Shown here: positions 17,119-26,791 of the stretch, one piece after another
Position numbering within the stretch: position 1 is the stretch's first letter
Layout of the letters: the number at the start of each line of letters is the position of its first letter
Source of the DNA: an uncultured Acidimicrobiales bacterium
Lineage (GTDB): Bacteria; Actinomycetota; Acidimicrobiia; Acidimicrobiales; VFJN01
Direction: 5' to 3'
DNA: 64,000 nucleotides
Assembly (NCBI GenBank): GCA_963830865.1
Contig: CAWHNU010000009.1
Span: forward strand, 495,062-559,061
Made by a program: the position numbers and the translations under genes
The notes under the pieces: generated by a model
The model's database searches: none
Seen by the model: only the letters and a program-made list of their open reading frames with translations
What the model was told of the DNA's origin: nothing

Positions 17119-17610
17119 ATGACCATGCGCAGGGCAGTCGCCAGGCTCGTCGGCACCGTCGCATTCGCGATCACGGCGACGCTGATCGTGTTCGTCGTCG
17201 GGATGCGGGCCAAGTCGCCGCTGGTGCTCGACACGGTCCGCCGGATCAGCCGCGCGACCAAGCCGATGATCCTCCGCACGGCCGGGCAGCCGGGCGCACC
17301 CTCGGTCGTCCGCCACGTCGGCCGGACGTCGGGCCGTGAGTACGAGACACCGGTCAGCGCGCTGACCGCCGGCGACGGGTTCCTGATCGCGCTGCCGTAC
17401 GGGCCGAACACCGACTGGCTCAAGAACGTGCTGGCCAGCGGGTCCGCCACCATCGTCGACCAGGGCGACACCTACGCCGTCGACCGGCCCGAGGTCGTCC
17501 CCACGATCGTGGCCGAGCCCGACCTCCCGCCCGACACCCTCCGCGGGCTGCGCCTGTTCAAGGTGGAGAGCTGCCTCCGAGTGCGGCGCGTGCCGGCCGA
17601 CGACCGATGA
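17119..17610 (+). CDS. Deazaflavin (F420)-dependent nitroreductase-family oxidoreductase (Ddn-like)
   Basis: 163 aa with an N-terminal membrane anchor. GRTSGREYETPVSALTAGDGFLIALPYGPNTDWLKNVLASG matches the Ddn-like family. An SD-like GAAGGAG lies upstream. Confidence 0.8.
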   Translation: MTMRRAVARLVGTVAFAITATLIVFVVGMRAKSPLVLDTVRRISRATKPMILRTAGQPGAPSVVRHVGRTSGREYETPVSALTAGDGFLIALPYGPNTDWLKNVLASGSATIVDQGDTYAVDRPEVVPTIVAEPDLPPDTLRGLRLFKVESCLRVRRVPADDR

Positions 17611-17641
17611 GCCGGGGGCGCCGCCCGGGTCTACCCCAGGC

Positions 17642-18691
17642 ATGGCGCACGAGCCCGCACTGACCGGCACCGACACCACCGTGCTCGACGCGGCGCGGCG
17701 GGGCGACGAGGACGCCTTCGCCGCGCTGGTCGGGCCCCATCGCCGCGAGCTGCGGGCCCTGTGCTACCGCATGCTGGGCTCGGTCGACGACGCCGACGAT
17801 GCCCTCCAGGACGTCCTCGTGCGGGCGTGGCGGGGGCTGCGCGGCTACGAGGGGCGCAGCTCGCTGCGTACGTGGCTGTTCCGCATCGCCACCAACGCCT
17901 GCCTCAACCGGCTCGAACGGCGCCCGGCCCGGACGGTCCCGCTGGACTTCGGGCCGCCGGCCGCGCCGGGCGAGGGCCCCGGGGCGATGCTCGAGGCGTC
18001 GCTGTGGGTCGGCCCCTACCCCGACCGCTTCCTCGTCGACGACGAGGCCGAGGGGCCCGAGGCGGCCGTCGTCCGCACGGAGAGCGTGGAGCTGGCGTTC
18101 GTCACCGCCCTGCAGCGGTTGTCGTCCCAGTCGCGGGCCGTGCTGATCCTGCGGGCGGTGCTCGACTATTCGGCGCAGGAGACGGCCGACATGCTCGGCA
18201 TCTCCGTCGCGGCCGTGAACAGCTCGCTCCAGCGCGCCCGCGCCGCGTTGCGCCGGGACGGGCCGAGCCGCAGCCAGCAGCAGACGGTCCGCGACCTCGG
18301 CGAGGCGCGGGTACGGGACCTCGTCGCCCGCTACGCCCGGGCGATGGAGACCGCCGACCTGGACGCGCTGCTCGACCTGCTGGACGAGGACGCCACCTGG
18401 AGCATGCCCCCCATGCCCTCCTGGTACCGGGGCAAGGCGGCGATCGCCGGGTTCCTGTCGGGCTTCGTGTTCCACCACGCCTGGCGCCACGTGCCGACGA
18501 ACGCCAACGGCCAGCCCGCCGTGGGCTGCTATCGGTGGGTGGAGGAGGAGGGCGCATTCGTCGGCGAGGCGCTCGACGTCCTCACCCTCGGCGGCGACCG
18601 CATCGTTGCGGTGACCGGGTTCGTGGACCCCCGGGCCGTGGCGCTGTGCGGCCTGCCGGCCCGGCTGCCCGGGCCGCTGGCCCCCGCCTAG
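17642..18691 (+). CDS. ECF-type sigma-70 factor with a C-terminal SnoaL/NTF2-like extension (SigG/SigJ-like)
   Basis: Region 2 is DDADDALQDVLVRAWRGL...RTWLFRIATNACLNRL and region 4 is SRAVLILRAVLDYSAQETADMLGISVAAVNSSLQRAR. A further roughly 130-aa C-terminal domain follows. Confidence 0.85.
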   Translation: MAHEPALTGTDTTVLDAARRGDEDAFAALVGPHRRELRALCYRMLGSVDDADDALQDVLVRAWRGLRGYEGRSSLRTWLFRIATNACLNRLERRPARTVPLDFGPPAAPGEGPGAMLEASLWVGPYPDRFLVDDEAEGPEAAVVRTESVELAFVTALQRLSSQSRAVLILRAVLDYSAQETADMLGISVAAVNSSLQRARAALRRDGPSRSQQQTVRDLGEARVRDLVARYARAMETADLDALLDLLDEDATWSMPPMPSWYRGKAAIAGFLSGFVFHHAWRHVPTNANGQPAVGCYRWVEEEGAFVGEALDVLTLGGDRIVAVTGFVDPRAVALCGLPARLPGPLAPA

Positions 18692-18738
18692 CACCACGAT
18701 GCGGGTCGAGCCCACCGCCGTGGGCGAGACTCGCGCCC

Positions 18739-19578
18739 ATGGCGATCATGGCGGTGTGCGGTGCGGTCCTCGCGGCGGCGCTGGTGGTGGGCGTGCGATG
18801 GAGCGGGCGGGAGTTCCGCGCCCCGCCCACGGACGGTCCGCTCGGGGCGGCGGAGGCCGGCCGCCGGTGGGTCTGGTACGCCTCGCTCGCGCTGGTCGCG
18901 GGGCCGGCGGTGGGCATCGCCGTGATCGGGTGCGGGGGGAGGCTCGCCATGCGCCTCCTGGCGGTCACTGCCGGCGACGACGCCCAGGGGCGGATCACCG
19001 AGGCCGACGAGGTGGTGGGCCGGATCACCGCCGACGGCACGATCGGGTTCGTGGTGTTCAACGGGATCCTCGGCGGGCTCGCGTGCGCCGCCGTCTACCT
19101 CCTGGTCCGCCGCCTGCTGCCGGCGGGCTGGCTCGGCGGCGTCGTGTTCGGGCTCGGCCTCTTGGTCGTGCTGGGCACGGTCGTCGACCCGCTGCGCAAC
19201 GAGAACCCCGACTTCGACCTCGTCGGGCCGGGCTGGCTGTCGGGCGCCGTGTTCACCGCGCTGGCGGTCGCCTTCGGGGTCGTGCTGGCGGCGGTGACGG
19301 CCCGGCTCAGCGCCTGGCTGCCACTGCCCGCCAGCGAGCCCCGCGTGCTGCTGCGCTACGTCCCGGCGGCCCTCGTGGCCGGCCTCCTGTTCATACCGGT
19401 GACCGCCGTGCTGGTCGTGCTCGGCGCCGTGGTCGTCGTCGCGACCCGCTGGCGCGGGCTCGTCGATGCGGTCCGCTCCCCGCGGGCGGTGCTGGTCGGG
19501 CGGGTCCTGGCGATAGGTCTGTTGGTCGTGTCGCTGCCCACCGCGGTGGCGAGCGTGGCCGACATCGCGACGCGGTAG
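18739..19578 (+). CDS. Polytopic integral membrane protein, unknown function
   Basis: Internal ATG at 18739 of a 605-aa track ORF. At least 6 hydrophobic segments are visible. Upstream of this ATG the track ORF translates as Arg-rich sequence overlapping the sigma factor gene. Confidence 0.65.
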   Translation: MAIMAVCGAVLAAALVVGVRWSGREFRAPPTDGPLGAAEAGRRWVWYASLALVAGPAVGIAVIGCGGRLAMRLLAVTAGDDAQGRITEADEVVGRITADGTIGFVVFNGILGGLACAAVYLLVRRLLPAGWLGGVVFGLGLLVVLGTVVDPLRNENPDFDLVGPGWLSGAVFTALAVAFGVVLAAVTARLSAWLPLPASEPRVLLRYVPAALVAGLLFIPVTAVLVVLGAVVVVATRWRGLVDAVRSPRAVLVGRVLAIGLLVVSLPTAVASVADIATR

Positions 19579-19644
19579 CGTGCCCCCGCGCGGGCGGCGA
19601 CCACCGCACTCGTGCCACCCGGTACCCCCGCGTTTGCCGGCCGC

Positions 19645-20094
19645 TCAGCCCGGGTCGACCACCCGGATCTCCGCGAACTTGCTGGCCGAGCGGCCGGCTA
19701 CGACCTCGACGTAGAGCCCGTCGAGGTCGAACACGCCGGGCTGACCGTCCCGCAGCACCTCGACGGTGATCGTCTCGTTCTCGGTATCGGCGAGCGTCAT
19801 CCTGCCGTCGCGGATCCTGGCCGCGTCGGCGCCCGTGAAGGTGAACTCCTGGCGGGTGTGCCGCTGGGCGTCCAGGATGCTGATCGCCGTGACCTTCGGC
19901 CTCGCGTCGGCGTGCGAGCGGTCGAACGACACCGTCAGGACCGTCTGGGTCGGCGCGGACCACGGGAGCTGGGTGGCGGCGGCCTCGGTGATGGCGAACG
20001 ACCTGCCCTGCCGGAACTGGAAGAAGACCCACGTCGCCAGCGCGACGCCGGCTGCCCCGACGACCGCGATCGCGAACTCGTTGGCCAGATCCAC
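19645..20094 (-). CDS. Hypothetical protein with a single N-terminal TM anchor
   Basis: 149-aa ORF. The anchor is AIAVVGAAGVALATWVFF, followed by a beta-rich soluble domain. I recognise no family. Confidence 0.55.
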   Translation of the reverse strand: MDLANEFAIAVVGAAGVALATWVFFQFRQGRSFAITEAAATQLPWSAPTQTVLTVSFDRSHADARPKVTAISILDAQRHTRQEFTFTGADAARIRDGRMTLADTENETITVEVLRDGQPGVFDLDGLYVEVVAGRSASKFAEIRVVDPG

Positions 20095-20213
20095 GCCGTG
20101 CCTCAGTGCGGGCAGGCGCAGTCGAGCACGGGGGGAGCCAGGTTCGCCATGCGGCGCACCCTACGCTCGGTGCTCCCGCCGCCTCGCTGGCAGCGGGTGC
20201 CAAGCCGACCGGC

Positions 20214-20885
20214 TCAGGCGGCGGCCAGGCCGGTCTCCCGCACCGTGATGCTGAGCCGGCCCGGGGGCAGGCCGAGGCCGTCGGGCGCGGTGCCTGGCTC
20301 GACCTTGGGGACGCCGTGGTAGATCCGCCGGCTCGGGCCCCCGAACACCAGCAGGTCGCCGCTGCGCAGCTCCACGTCGGTGAACGGGCCGGTGCGCCGG
20401 TCCACGCCGGCCAGGCGGAAGACGCAGGCGTCGCCCAGGCTGATCGTCACGACCGGTGCGTCCGACGGCTCCTCGCCGTCCTGGTGGAGCCCGAGCCGGG
20501 CGCCCGGCGCGTAGAGGTTCACGATGGCGGCGTCGGGCGCGTAGGCCGCCGCCTCGGCGGGCCCGTAGGCCTCGGCGACCGCGGCCCGGGCCAGGTCGAC
20601 GACGTCGGCGGGCAGCGGCTTGACCGGCGCCCCGTCGGTGTCGTCGGCGGTCCGGCTGTAGTCGTAGGGCCGCCAGTGCCACCCGAGGCACACCGACTGG
20701 ACGCTCATCAGGTGGCCGGTCGGCACCCGCGGGTGCCGCAGCCCCGCCGGCGGCTGGGCCCAGCGCCGGAACGCGGCCACCAGCCCCAGCTGGGCGCGCA
20801 TGTCCAGCCAGTCGGGCACGTGGATCACCGCCGGCAGCACCTCCCGCCGCTCGCGCGGCGGGCGCGCCGATTCCGCGAACGGCAT
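20214..20885 (-). CDS. alkB: Alpha-ketoglutarate/Fe(II)-dependent dioxygenase AlkB
   Basis: MSVQSVCLGWHW, IVNLYAPGARLGLHQDGEE (HxD iron ligands) and LLVFGGPSRRIYHGV...RLSITVR align with E. coli AlkB motifs. An alternative upstream ATG lies at 20993. Confidence 0.8.
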   Translation of the reverse strand: MPFAESARPPRERREVLPAVIHVPDWLDMRAQLGLVAAFRRWAQPPAGLRHPRVPTGHLMSVQSVCLGWHWRPYDYSRTADDTDGAPVKPLPADVVDLARAAVAEAYGPAEAAAYAPDAAIVNLYAPGARLGLHQDGEEPSDAPVVTISLGDACVFRLAGVDRRTGPFTDVELRSGDLLVFGGPSRRIYHGVPKVEPGTAPDGLGLPPGRLSITVRETGLAAA

Positions 20886-21043
20886 GGCGAGCTGGCGCTC
20901 CGGCCCGGCGGCGCCGGCGGGCGGCAGGGTGGTGGGCACCCCGCCGAGGCGGCTGGTGGCCCCGGCGCGGCGGGTGGTGGAAGGACTGCCCATGCCAGGA
21001 CAACGCCGGGCCACGCCGTGGCGTGAGACCGGCGCAGCCTCTC

Positions 21044-21802
21044 TCAACCCGGGATCGCCAGGTGCCCCGCCAGGAACGCCTCGGACGCGGCGTACTCGGC
21101 GGCGGGGATCTCGACGTGGCGGCCGGGGTTGGCGTGCAGGGTCTTGGCCGGGCTGCCGAACAGGTCGTAGAGCGCCAGGGCGTACTGGCGGCGGGCCAGC
21201 TCGTCGTCCCATTGGACCAGGAACAGCAGCGGCACCCGCACCTGCCGGGCGAGCTCGTCGTAGCCCGCGAGCCGGGGCCCCGGCGCCCAGCCGAACAGGC
21301 CGAGCACCGCCACTGCGATGCGGGGCTCGCAGGCGACCAGCGGGACGCCGAACCGGGTGCCCATCGACACGCCCCAGTAGCCGACCGGGCCGGCGCCGAT
21401 CTCGTCCCGGGTCACGAGCGCGTCGAGCGTGGCCCGCCAGTCCTCGACGGCCCGGGCGCTGGCGATGACGTGGCCGCCCTCCGCGATGTGCCGCTCGCGC
21501 AGGCGCAGCTGCCGCTCGCGCAGCGACATGCGCCGCTCCTCGGGCGGCGTGCGGTCGCCGTGCAGCGGCAGGTCGATGGCGGCGGCGGCGAAGCGGTGGT
21601 GCCGCACCAGCCGGCGGGCCAGTGCGGTCACGTTGGGGGAGCGCTTGTGCTGGCTGCCGCCGTGGCCGATCAGGACCAGCGGGCGCGGCCCGGCGGCCTC
21701 GGCCGGGGTCCACAGGACCCCGGGCACCGGCTCGCGGGGTCCCTCGACCGTGAAGTCTCGCTCGGTGACGCCCCTCTCCGTCGTCTCGCTGGTCGTGTGC
21801 AT
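21044..21802 (-). CDS. Alpha/beta hydrolase (dienelactone-hydrolase-like)
   Basis: ATG at 21802. PLVLIGHGGSQHK, a GVSMG nucleophile elbow and the C-terminal HANPGRHVEIP (His) are present. Confidence 0.75.
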   Translation of the reverse strand: MHTTSETTERGVTERDFTVEGPREPVPGVLWTPAEAAGPRPLVLIGHGGSQHKRSPNVTALARRLVRHHRFAAAAIDLPLHGDRTPPEERRMSLRERQLRLRERHIAEGGHVIASARAVEDWRATLDALVTRDEIGAGPVGYWGVSMGTRFGVPLVACEPRIAVAVLGLFGWAPGPRLAGYDELARQVRVPLLFLVQWDDELARRQYALALYDLFGSPAKTLHANPGRHVEIPAAEYAASEAFLAGHLAIPG

Positions 21803-21825
21803 CGGCTGGGGTCTCCTGGCGGCGG

Positions 21826-23329
21826 TCAGCGTCGAGGCGTGCGGACCGGGACGTGGGCGAGTGCCTGGCGCTCCCCCGAGCGCCAGCGGGCGGCGAGCCG
21901 GGACTCGACGTCGAACAGCATCGTGACGGGGCGGTCGGCGGTGTATGCCGGCCAGTCGGGGATGCCCGGGTGGTTGGGGTCGCCCGTGCGGGCGAACGCC
22001 AGCCACGCGGAGGACATCTGGTCGGCGACGCGGTGGGCGGCCGCGCCGGTGCCGGCGTAGGACCGGACCCGGCCGACGTTGTCGAACACCAGCGGGATGT
22101 CGAGCGTGTGGGGCGACATCCAGCGCCCGCCGCCGACCGGCGTGTCCCACACCAGCTCGGCGTGCCACACCCGGCCGCCGCCGCTGGCGGCCGCCTGGTC
22201 GGCCTTGCGGTCGGCGACGACCCAACCCCCCAGGCGCGAGTAGAGGTCGGTGGTGACGAGGAAGAACAGCTCGCTCGGCGACACGTCGGGATACAGGCGG
22301 GCGAACGCGTCGGCCACGTCGTCGGGCCGCTCGTCGTCGCGCAGCCAGCCCCGCAGCCTGGCCCGCAGGCCGGCGTCGTCGAGCGCGAACAGCGACGGGT
22401 CGGCACCACCGGCGAGGAGCGTGGTCTCGGTGCGGGTCGAGCAGATCAACAGCGGCACGGCGGCCGAGCAATCGGGCGCCGCCGGGTCCCACGGCGAGCG
22501 GGGGAGGTGGCGGCCGTCGGCCACGGGGCTGAACGGCGTCCGCGCGGCGCGGACGACCCGCCGGTAGGCGGCGACCAGGTCGCTCGCGGGCGCGGTGCGG
22601 GCGGCCTCGACGTCGCCGCCGAGCTCGGCCAGGAACCGGTCGGCGTAGCGGCCCGCTCGCGTCGTCGAGCGCCTTCACGTGGACCCCGCTCTGCACGATC
22701 GCCCGGTGGAACAGGCCGAACGCCGCGGGCATGCCCATCAGGACGCACACCTTGGCGCCGCCGCCCGACTCGCCGAACACGGTCACGTTCCCCGCGTCGC
22801 CGCCGAACGCGGCGATGTTGTCCCGCACCCATGCCAGCGCCAGGACGAGGTCGAGCATGCCGGCGTTGCCGGAGTCGGCGCCGGGCCGGTGCAGGAAGCC
22901 GAACACGTTGAGCCGATGGTTCAGCGTCACGACCACGACGTCGCCCCGCTGGCACAGCCGCGTGCCGTCGTACAGCGGTGACGAGCCCGACAGGCTGCTG
23001 AAGCCGCCGCCGTGGAGCCACACCATCACCGGCCGGCGCCCGCCGTCGTCGACCGCCGGCGTCCAGACGTTGGCGACGAGGCAGTCCTCGGACATCGGCG
23101 TCGTGTCGCCGGGGTCGATGTCCTCGCCCCGCGACGGCTGCGGGCAGCGGGGACCGTAGGCGAGGGCGTCGCGCACGCCGGCCCAGGGTTCGGGCGGCGA
23201 CGGCGCCTCGAAGCGCCGCGCGTCGCCGTACGGCACGCCCTTGAAGACGGCGATCCCCTCGCTGACCGCCCCTCGGACCCGTCCGGCGGTCGTGTGTGCC
23301 ACGGGGGCGCCGCTCGTCGGCTCCTCCAT
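21826..23329 (-). pseudogene. Type-B carboxylesterase/lipase, one frame break near 22650-22660
   Basis: The N-terminal frame has EDCLVANVWTP, VMVWLHGGGF and FGESGGG (catalytic Ser). After VQSGVHVKALDD the sequence continues in another frame as RYADRFLAELG...SPVADGRHLPRSPWD... and runs to the stop at 21826. Total length is 1504 nt, not a multiple of 3. Confidence 0.75.
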
Positions 23330-23377
23330 CGGTCCCCTCCAGCCGGGCCAGCCCCCGGCCCTGGTACCTTAACCGGC

Positions 23378-24577
23378 GTGGCGAGGGGCTCCGCCGACCG
23401 CCCGCTGCCGCTCCGCGGCCTGCGGGTCCTCGATCTAGGCCGGATCTACCAGGGGCCCTGGTGCGGGACGTTGCTCGCCCTGGCGGGGGCGACCGTGATC
23501 AAGATCGAGGCGCCCGGTGGCGACCCGGCCCGGGGGCCGGCCGGCGGCACGACCGTGCCCTTCGCGCTGCTCAACTCCAACAAGTACGCCATCACCCTCG
23601 ACCTCAAGTCCGACCGGGGTCGGGCGCTCTTCCTCGACCTGGTGCACGGCGCCGACGTGGTGATCGAGAACTTCGGCCCCGGCGTGATGGAACGCCTCGG
23701 TGTCGGCCCCGAGCGGCTGGTCGCCCTCAACCCCCGCCTCGTCTACGGCGGCGCCACCGCGTACGGCATCGACGGCCCCGACCGCGACCAGCTGGGCATG
23801 GACGTGACCATCCAGGCCTACTCGGGCGTGATGAGCGTGACCGGGTTCCCCGGCCAGCCGCCGGTCAAGGCCGGCGTGGCCTTCGTCGACTTCCTCGGCG
23901 CCGCCAACCTCTACGCCGGCGTCATGACCGCCCTCTACGAGCGCGAACGCACCGGGCGGGGCCGCATCGTCGACGTGGCGATGGTCGATCTCGTGTACCC
24001 GACGCTGGCCTCGAACCTGTCCCAGTACTACCGGGACGGCACCACGCCGCCGGCCGGCAACGGCCACGGCGGCGCGGCGGTCGTGCCCTACAACGTGTTC
24101 CCGACCGCCGACGGCCACGTGGCGATCATCGTGATCACGGCGGAGCAGTGGCGCAAGCTGTGCGCCGCCATGGGCCGCCCGGAGCTGGCCGACGACGAGC
24201 GGTTCCGCAGCAACGGCCGCCGCTACCACAACCTCGAGGCGCTGGAGGACGAGATCCGCGCGTGGACCACCGCCCACCCGCGCGACGAGGTGGTGGCGGC
24301 GCTGGCCGAGGCCCGGGTGCCGGCGGCGGCGGTGCGCCAGGTGGCCGAGGTCGTCGAGGACCGGCACCTGCACGAGCGGGGCGCGCTGCGGCGCGTCGAC
24401 CACCCCGACCTCGGCGAGATGGTCGTGCCCCACAGCCCGCTGCGGTTCCGGGGCAGCGAGCCCGAGCCGCTGCGCCCCAGCCCGGCGCTGGGCGAGCACA
24501 ACGCGCTCGTGTACGGGGAGTGGCTCGGCCTCACGCCCGCCGAGATCGAGCGGCTGGCCGACGACGGGGTTCTCTAG
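23378..24577 (+). CDS. Family III CoA-transferase (CaiB/BaiF)
   Basis: GTG at 23378. LRGLRVLDLGRIYQGPWCGTLLALAGATVIKIE and NKYAITLDLK are family motifs. Confidence 0.85.
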   Translation: MARGSADRPLPLRGLRVLDLGRIYQGPWCGTLLALAGATVIKIEAPGGDPARGPAGGTTVPFALLNSNKYAITLDLKSDRGRALFLDLVHGADVVIENFGPGVMERLGVGPERLVALNPRLVYGGATAYGIDGPDRDQLGMDVTIQAYSGVMSVTGFPGQPPVKAGVAFVDFLGAANLYAGVMTALYERERTGRGRIVDVAMVDLVYPTLASNLSQYYRDGTTPPAGNGHGGAAVVPYNVFPTADGHVAIIVITAEQWRKLCAAMGRPELADDERFRSNGRRYHNLEALEDEIRAWTTAHPRDEVVAALAEARVPAAAVRQVAEVVEDRHLHERGALRRVDHPDLGEMVVPHSPLRFRGSEPEPLRPSPALGEHNALVYGEWLGLTPAEIERLADDGVL

Positions 24578-25616
24578 GTGACCGATCCGGCGGGGTTCTC
24601 CCTGGCGCCGGAGGTCGAGGAGCTGGCGGACGCGGCCCGGCGTTTCGCCCGGGACGTGCTGGCCCCGGCCGCCCGCGACCACGAGCGGGCCGGCCGCTGG
24701 CCCGACGCCGTTCTGGCCGTGCTCGACGGCTTCGCGCTCGGGTTCGATGGACCTGCGGGACGGCGCCGGCGGGGGCAGCGTCGCCAAGGTCGTGCTGCTC
24801 GAGGCGCTGGCCGCGGGCGACGCCGGGGGGCTGCCCGCGGCCGACCGGCCGGGGCTGGCCGCGGGCGCGGTGGACGCCTGCCCGGACCGGGAGCGGGCGG
24901 CGGCCGTGGTCGCGGACGGCGCGGCGCTGGTCGTGGGCGGGGACCCCGACCGGGTCGCGTGGGCCCCGGCCTGGCCGCCGCTGCGCTGGGCGTGGGTGTC
25001 CGCGGGCGACACGCTGCGGCTGGTGGAGGTCGCGGCCGAGCCCGAGCCGGTCGAGGCGCTGGCGTTCGCCGCCTCGGGCGGCGTGAGCGCAGCGCTCCAT
25101 GACACCGCCGGGGCGGGGGAGTGGGCGCTCCCGCCCGGCGGCGGGCTGGCGGTGCGGGGGCGGGCCCGGCTGTGGGCCGCGGCGGTCGCCGTCGGCGTCG
25201 CCCAGGACGCGCTCGACGCCACGGTCGCCTACACCACGGACCGGATCGTGTTCGGCAAGCCGGTCGCCCACCACCAGGCCAACGCCTTCGACCTGGCCGC
25301 GCTGGCGACGCGGGTACACGGGGCACGGCTGGCCGTGCGGGATGCGGCGTCCACCTACGACGCGGCCGGGCCGGACGCCGGGTTCTGGGCGACCCAGGCG
25401 TGGCTGGAGGCGACCGAGGCGGCGGTGGCGGTCAGCGAGGCCGGCATCCAGCTGCTCGGCGGCCACGGCTTCCTGGTCGATCACCTGGCCGAGAAGCGGT
25501 TCCGCGAGGCCCGCATGCTCGGCCTGCTCGCCGGCGGGCGCGACGCGGCGCTCGACGACCTGGCGGCGGCGATGCTGGACGTGCCCGACCCGCTGCTCGG
25601 CGGAGACGCCCCGTGA
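24578..25616 (+). pseudogene. Acyl-CoA dehydrogenase-family protein lacking the C-terminal catalytic Glu motif (beta-type subunit), one +1 frame break near 24738-24745
   Basis: The GTG start abuts the upstream stop. The N-terminal frame ends ...AVLDGFALG and continues in the next frame as MDLRDGAGGGSVAKVVLLEALA.... The ACAD C-terminal domain is present (VFGKPVAHHQANAFDLA...QLLGGHGF). Length is 1039 nt. Confidence 0.7.
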
Positions 25617-26791
25617 TCGGGCTCGACCCGGCCAGCCGGGAGATGGTCGCCGAGCTGCGCGACCTCGGGCGGCGCTACATGCGACCGATGGGCCTCGAGG
25701 CCGACCGCACCGGCGACCCGCCCCCGGCCGACCACGAGCTCTACCGGTTGTGCGCCCGCCAGGGCGGCCTCGTCAGCCGGACGGTCGAGCCCGACGCCGA
25801 CGGCTGGTCGCCGACCTGGCAGCCGTTGCGGGCGCTGCTGATCGCCGAGGAGAGCGCCTACTGGGACCGGGGCGTGGCCCTGTCGCTGCCCGGCCCCGGG
25901 CTCGGCGGCGCGGCGCTGCGCAGCACCGCCACGCCCGAGCAGCGCGAGCGCTTCCTGGCGCCGTTCGCGGATAGGTCCCGGGCGCACTGGGGCGCGATGG
26001 CGATGACAGAGCCCGGTGCCGGCAGCGACGTGGCCCGCATCCAGACCCGGGCCCGGCGCGACGGCGACGGCTGGGTCCTGCGCGGGCAGAAGATGTTCTG
26101 CTCCAACGGGGCCCGGGCCGACTGGGTGGTCGTGTGGGCGACGGTCGACCCCGACCTCGGCCGGGCGGGCCACCGCGCGTTCGTCGTCGAGCGGGGGACG
26201 CCGGGGTTCGAGCTGCTGCGCGTCGAGCACAAGATGGGATCGCGCGGCTACGAGACCGCCAGCTTCGCCCTCGACGACGTGCGGGTGCCGGCCGACAACC
26301 TGCTGGGCGGCGAGGAGTCGTACGCGGCCCGCCGCGGGTTCAAGGGGGCGATGGCGACGTTCAACCTGACCCGCCCGATCCACGCCGCCCAGGGGGTGGG
26401 CATGGGCCGCGCCGCGCTCGACCTGGCGCTCGACCTCGTGCGGGGCGACTTCCCCGCCCAGGGGACCCGGCGCCAGCGGGCGCTGGAGCGGCTGGCCGAG
26501 ATCCGGCGGGGGCTGCAGACCGCCCGGCTGATCTGCCTGCACGCGGTGTGGCTGGCCCGCCAGGGCCGGGACAACGCGCTGGAGGCGGCGTACGCCAAGC
26601 TGTACGCGCCGCCGATCGTCTACCGGGCCGTCTCGACGGCGCTCGACATCTTCGGGGAGGCCGGCGTGCGCCGCGACCACATGATCGAGAAGCTCTATCG
26701 CGACGTGAAGATCCTCGACATCGGCGAGGGGACCCAGCAGGTCCAGCGGCTGGTCATCGCCCGCCGCCTGGTCGGCCTGCCGTCCGAGTGA
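25613..26791 (+). CDS. Acyl-CoA dehydrogenase
   Basis: GTG sits in a GTGA overlap. MTEPGAGSDVARIQT, KMFCSNG and ILDIGEGTQQVQRLVIAR (catalytic Glu region) are present. Confidence 0.85.
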   Translation: MIGLDPASREMVAELRDLGRRYMRPMGLEADRTGDPPPADHELYRLCARQGGLVSRTVEPDADGWSPTWQPLRALLIAEESAYWDRGVALSLPGPGLGGAALRSTATPEQRERFLAPFADRSRAHWGAMAMTEPGAGSDVARIQTRARRDGDGWVLRGQKMFCSNGARADWVVVWATVDPDLGRAGHRAFVVERGTPGFELLRVEHKMGSRGYETASFALDDVRVPADNLLGGEESYAARRGFKGAMATFNLTRPIHAAQGVGMGRAALDLALDLVRGDFPAQGTRRQRALERLAEIRRGLQTARLICLHAVWLARQGRDNALEAAYAKLYAPPIVYRAVSTALDIFGEAGVRRDHMIEKLYRDVKILDIGEGTQQVQRLVIARRLVGLPSE

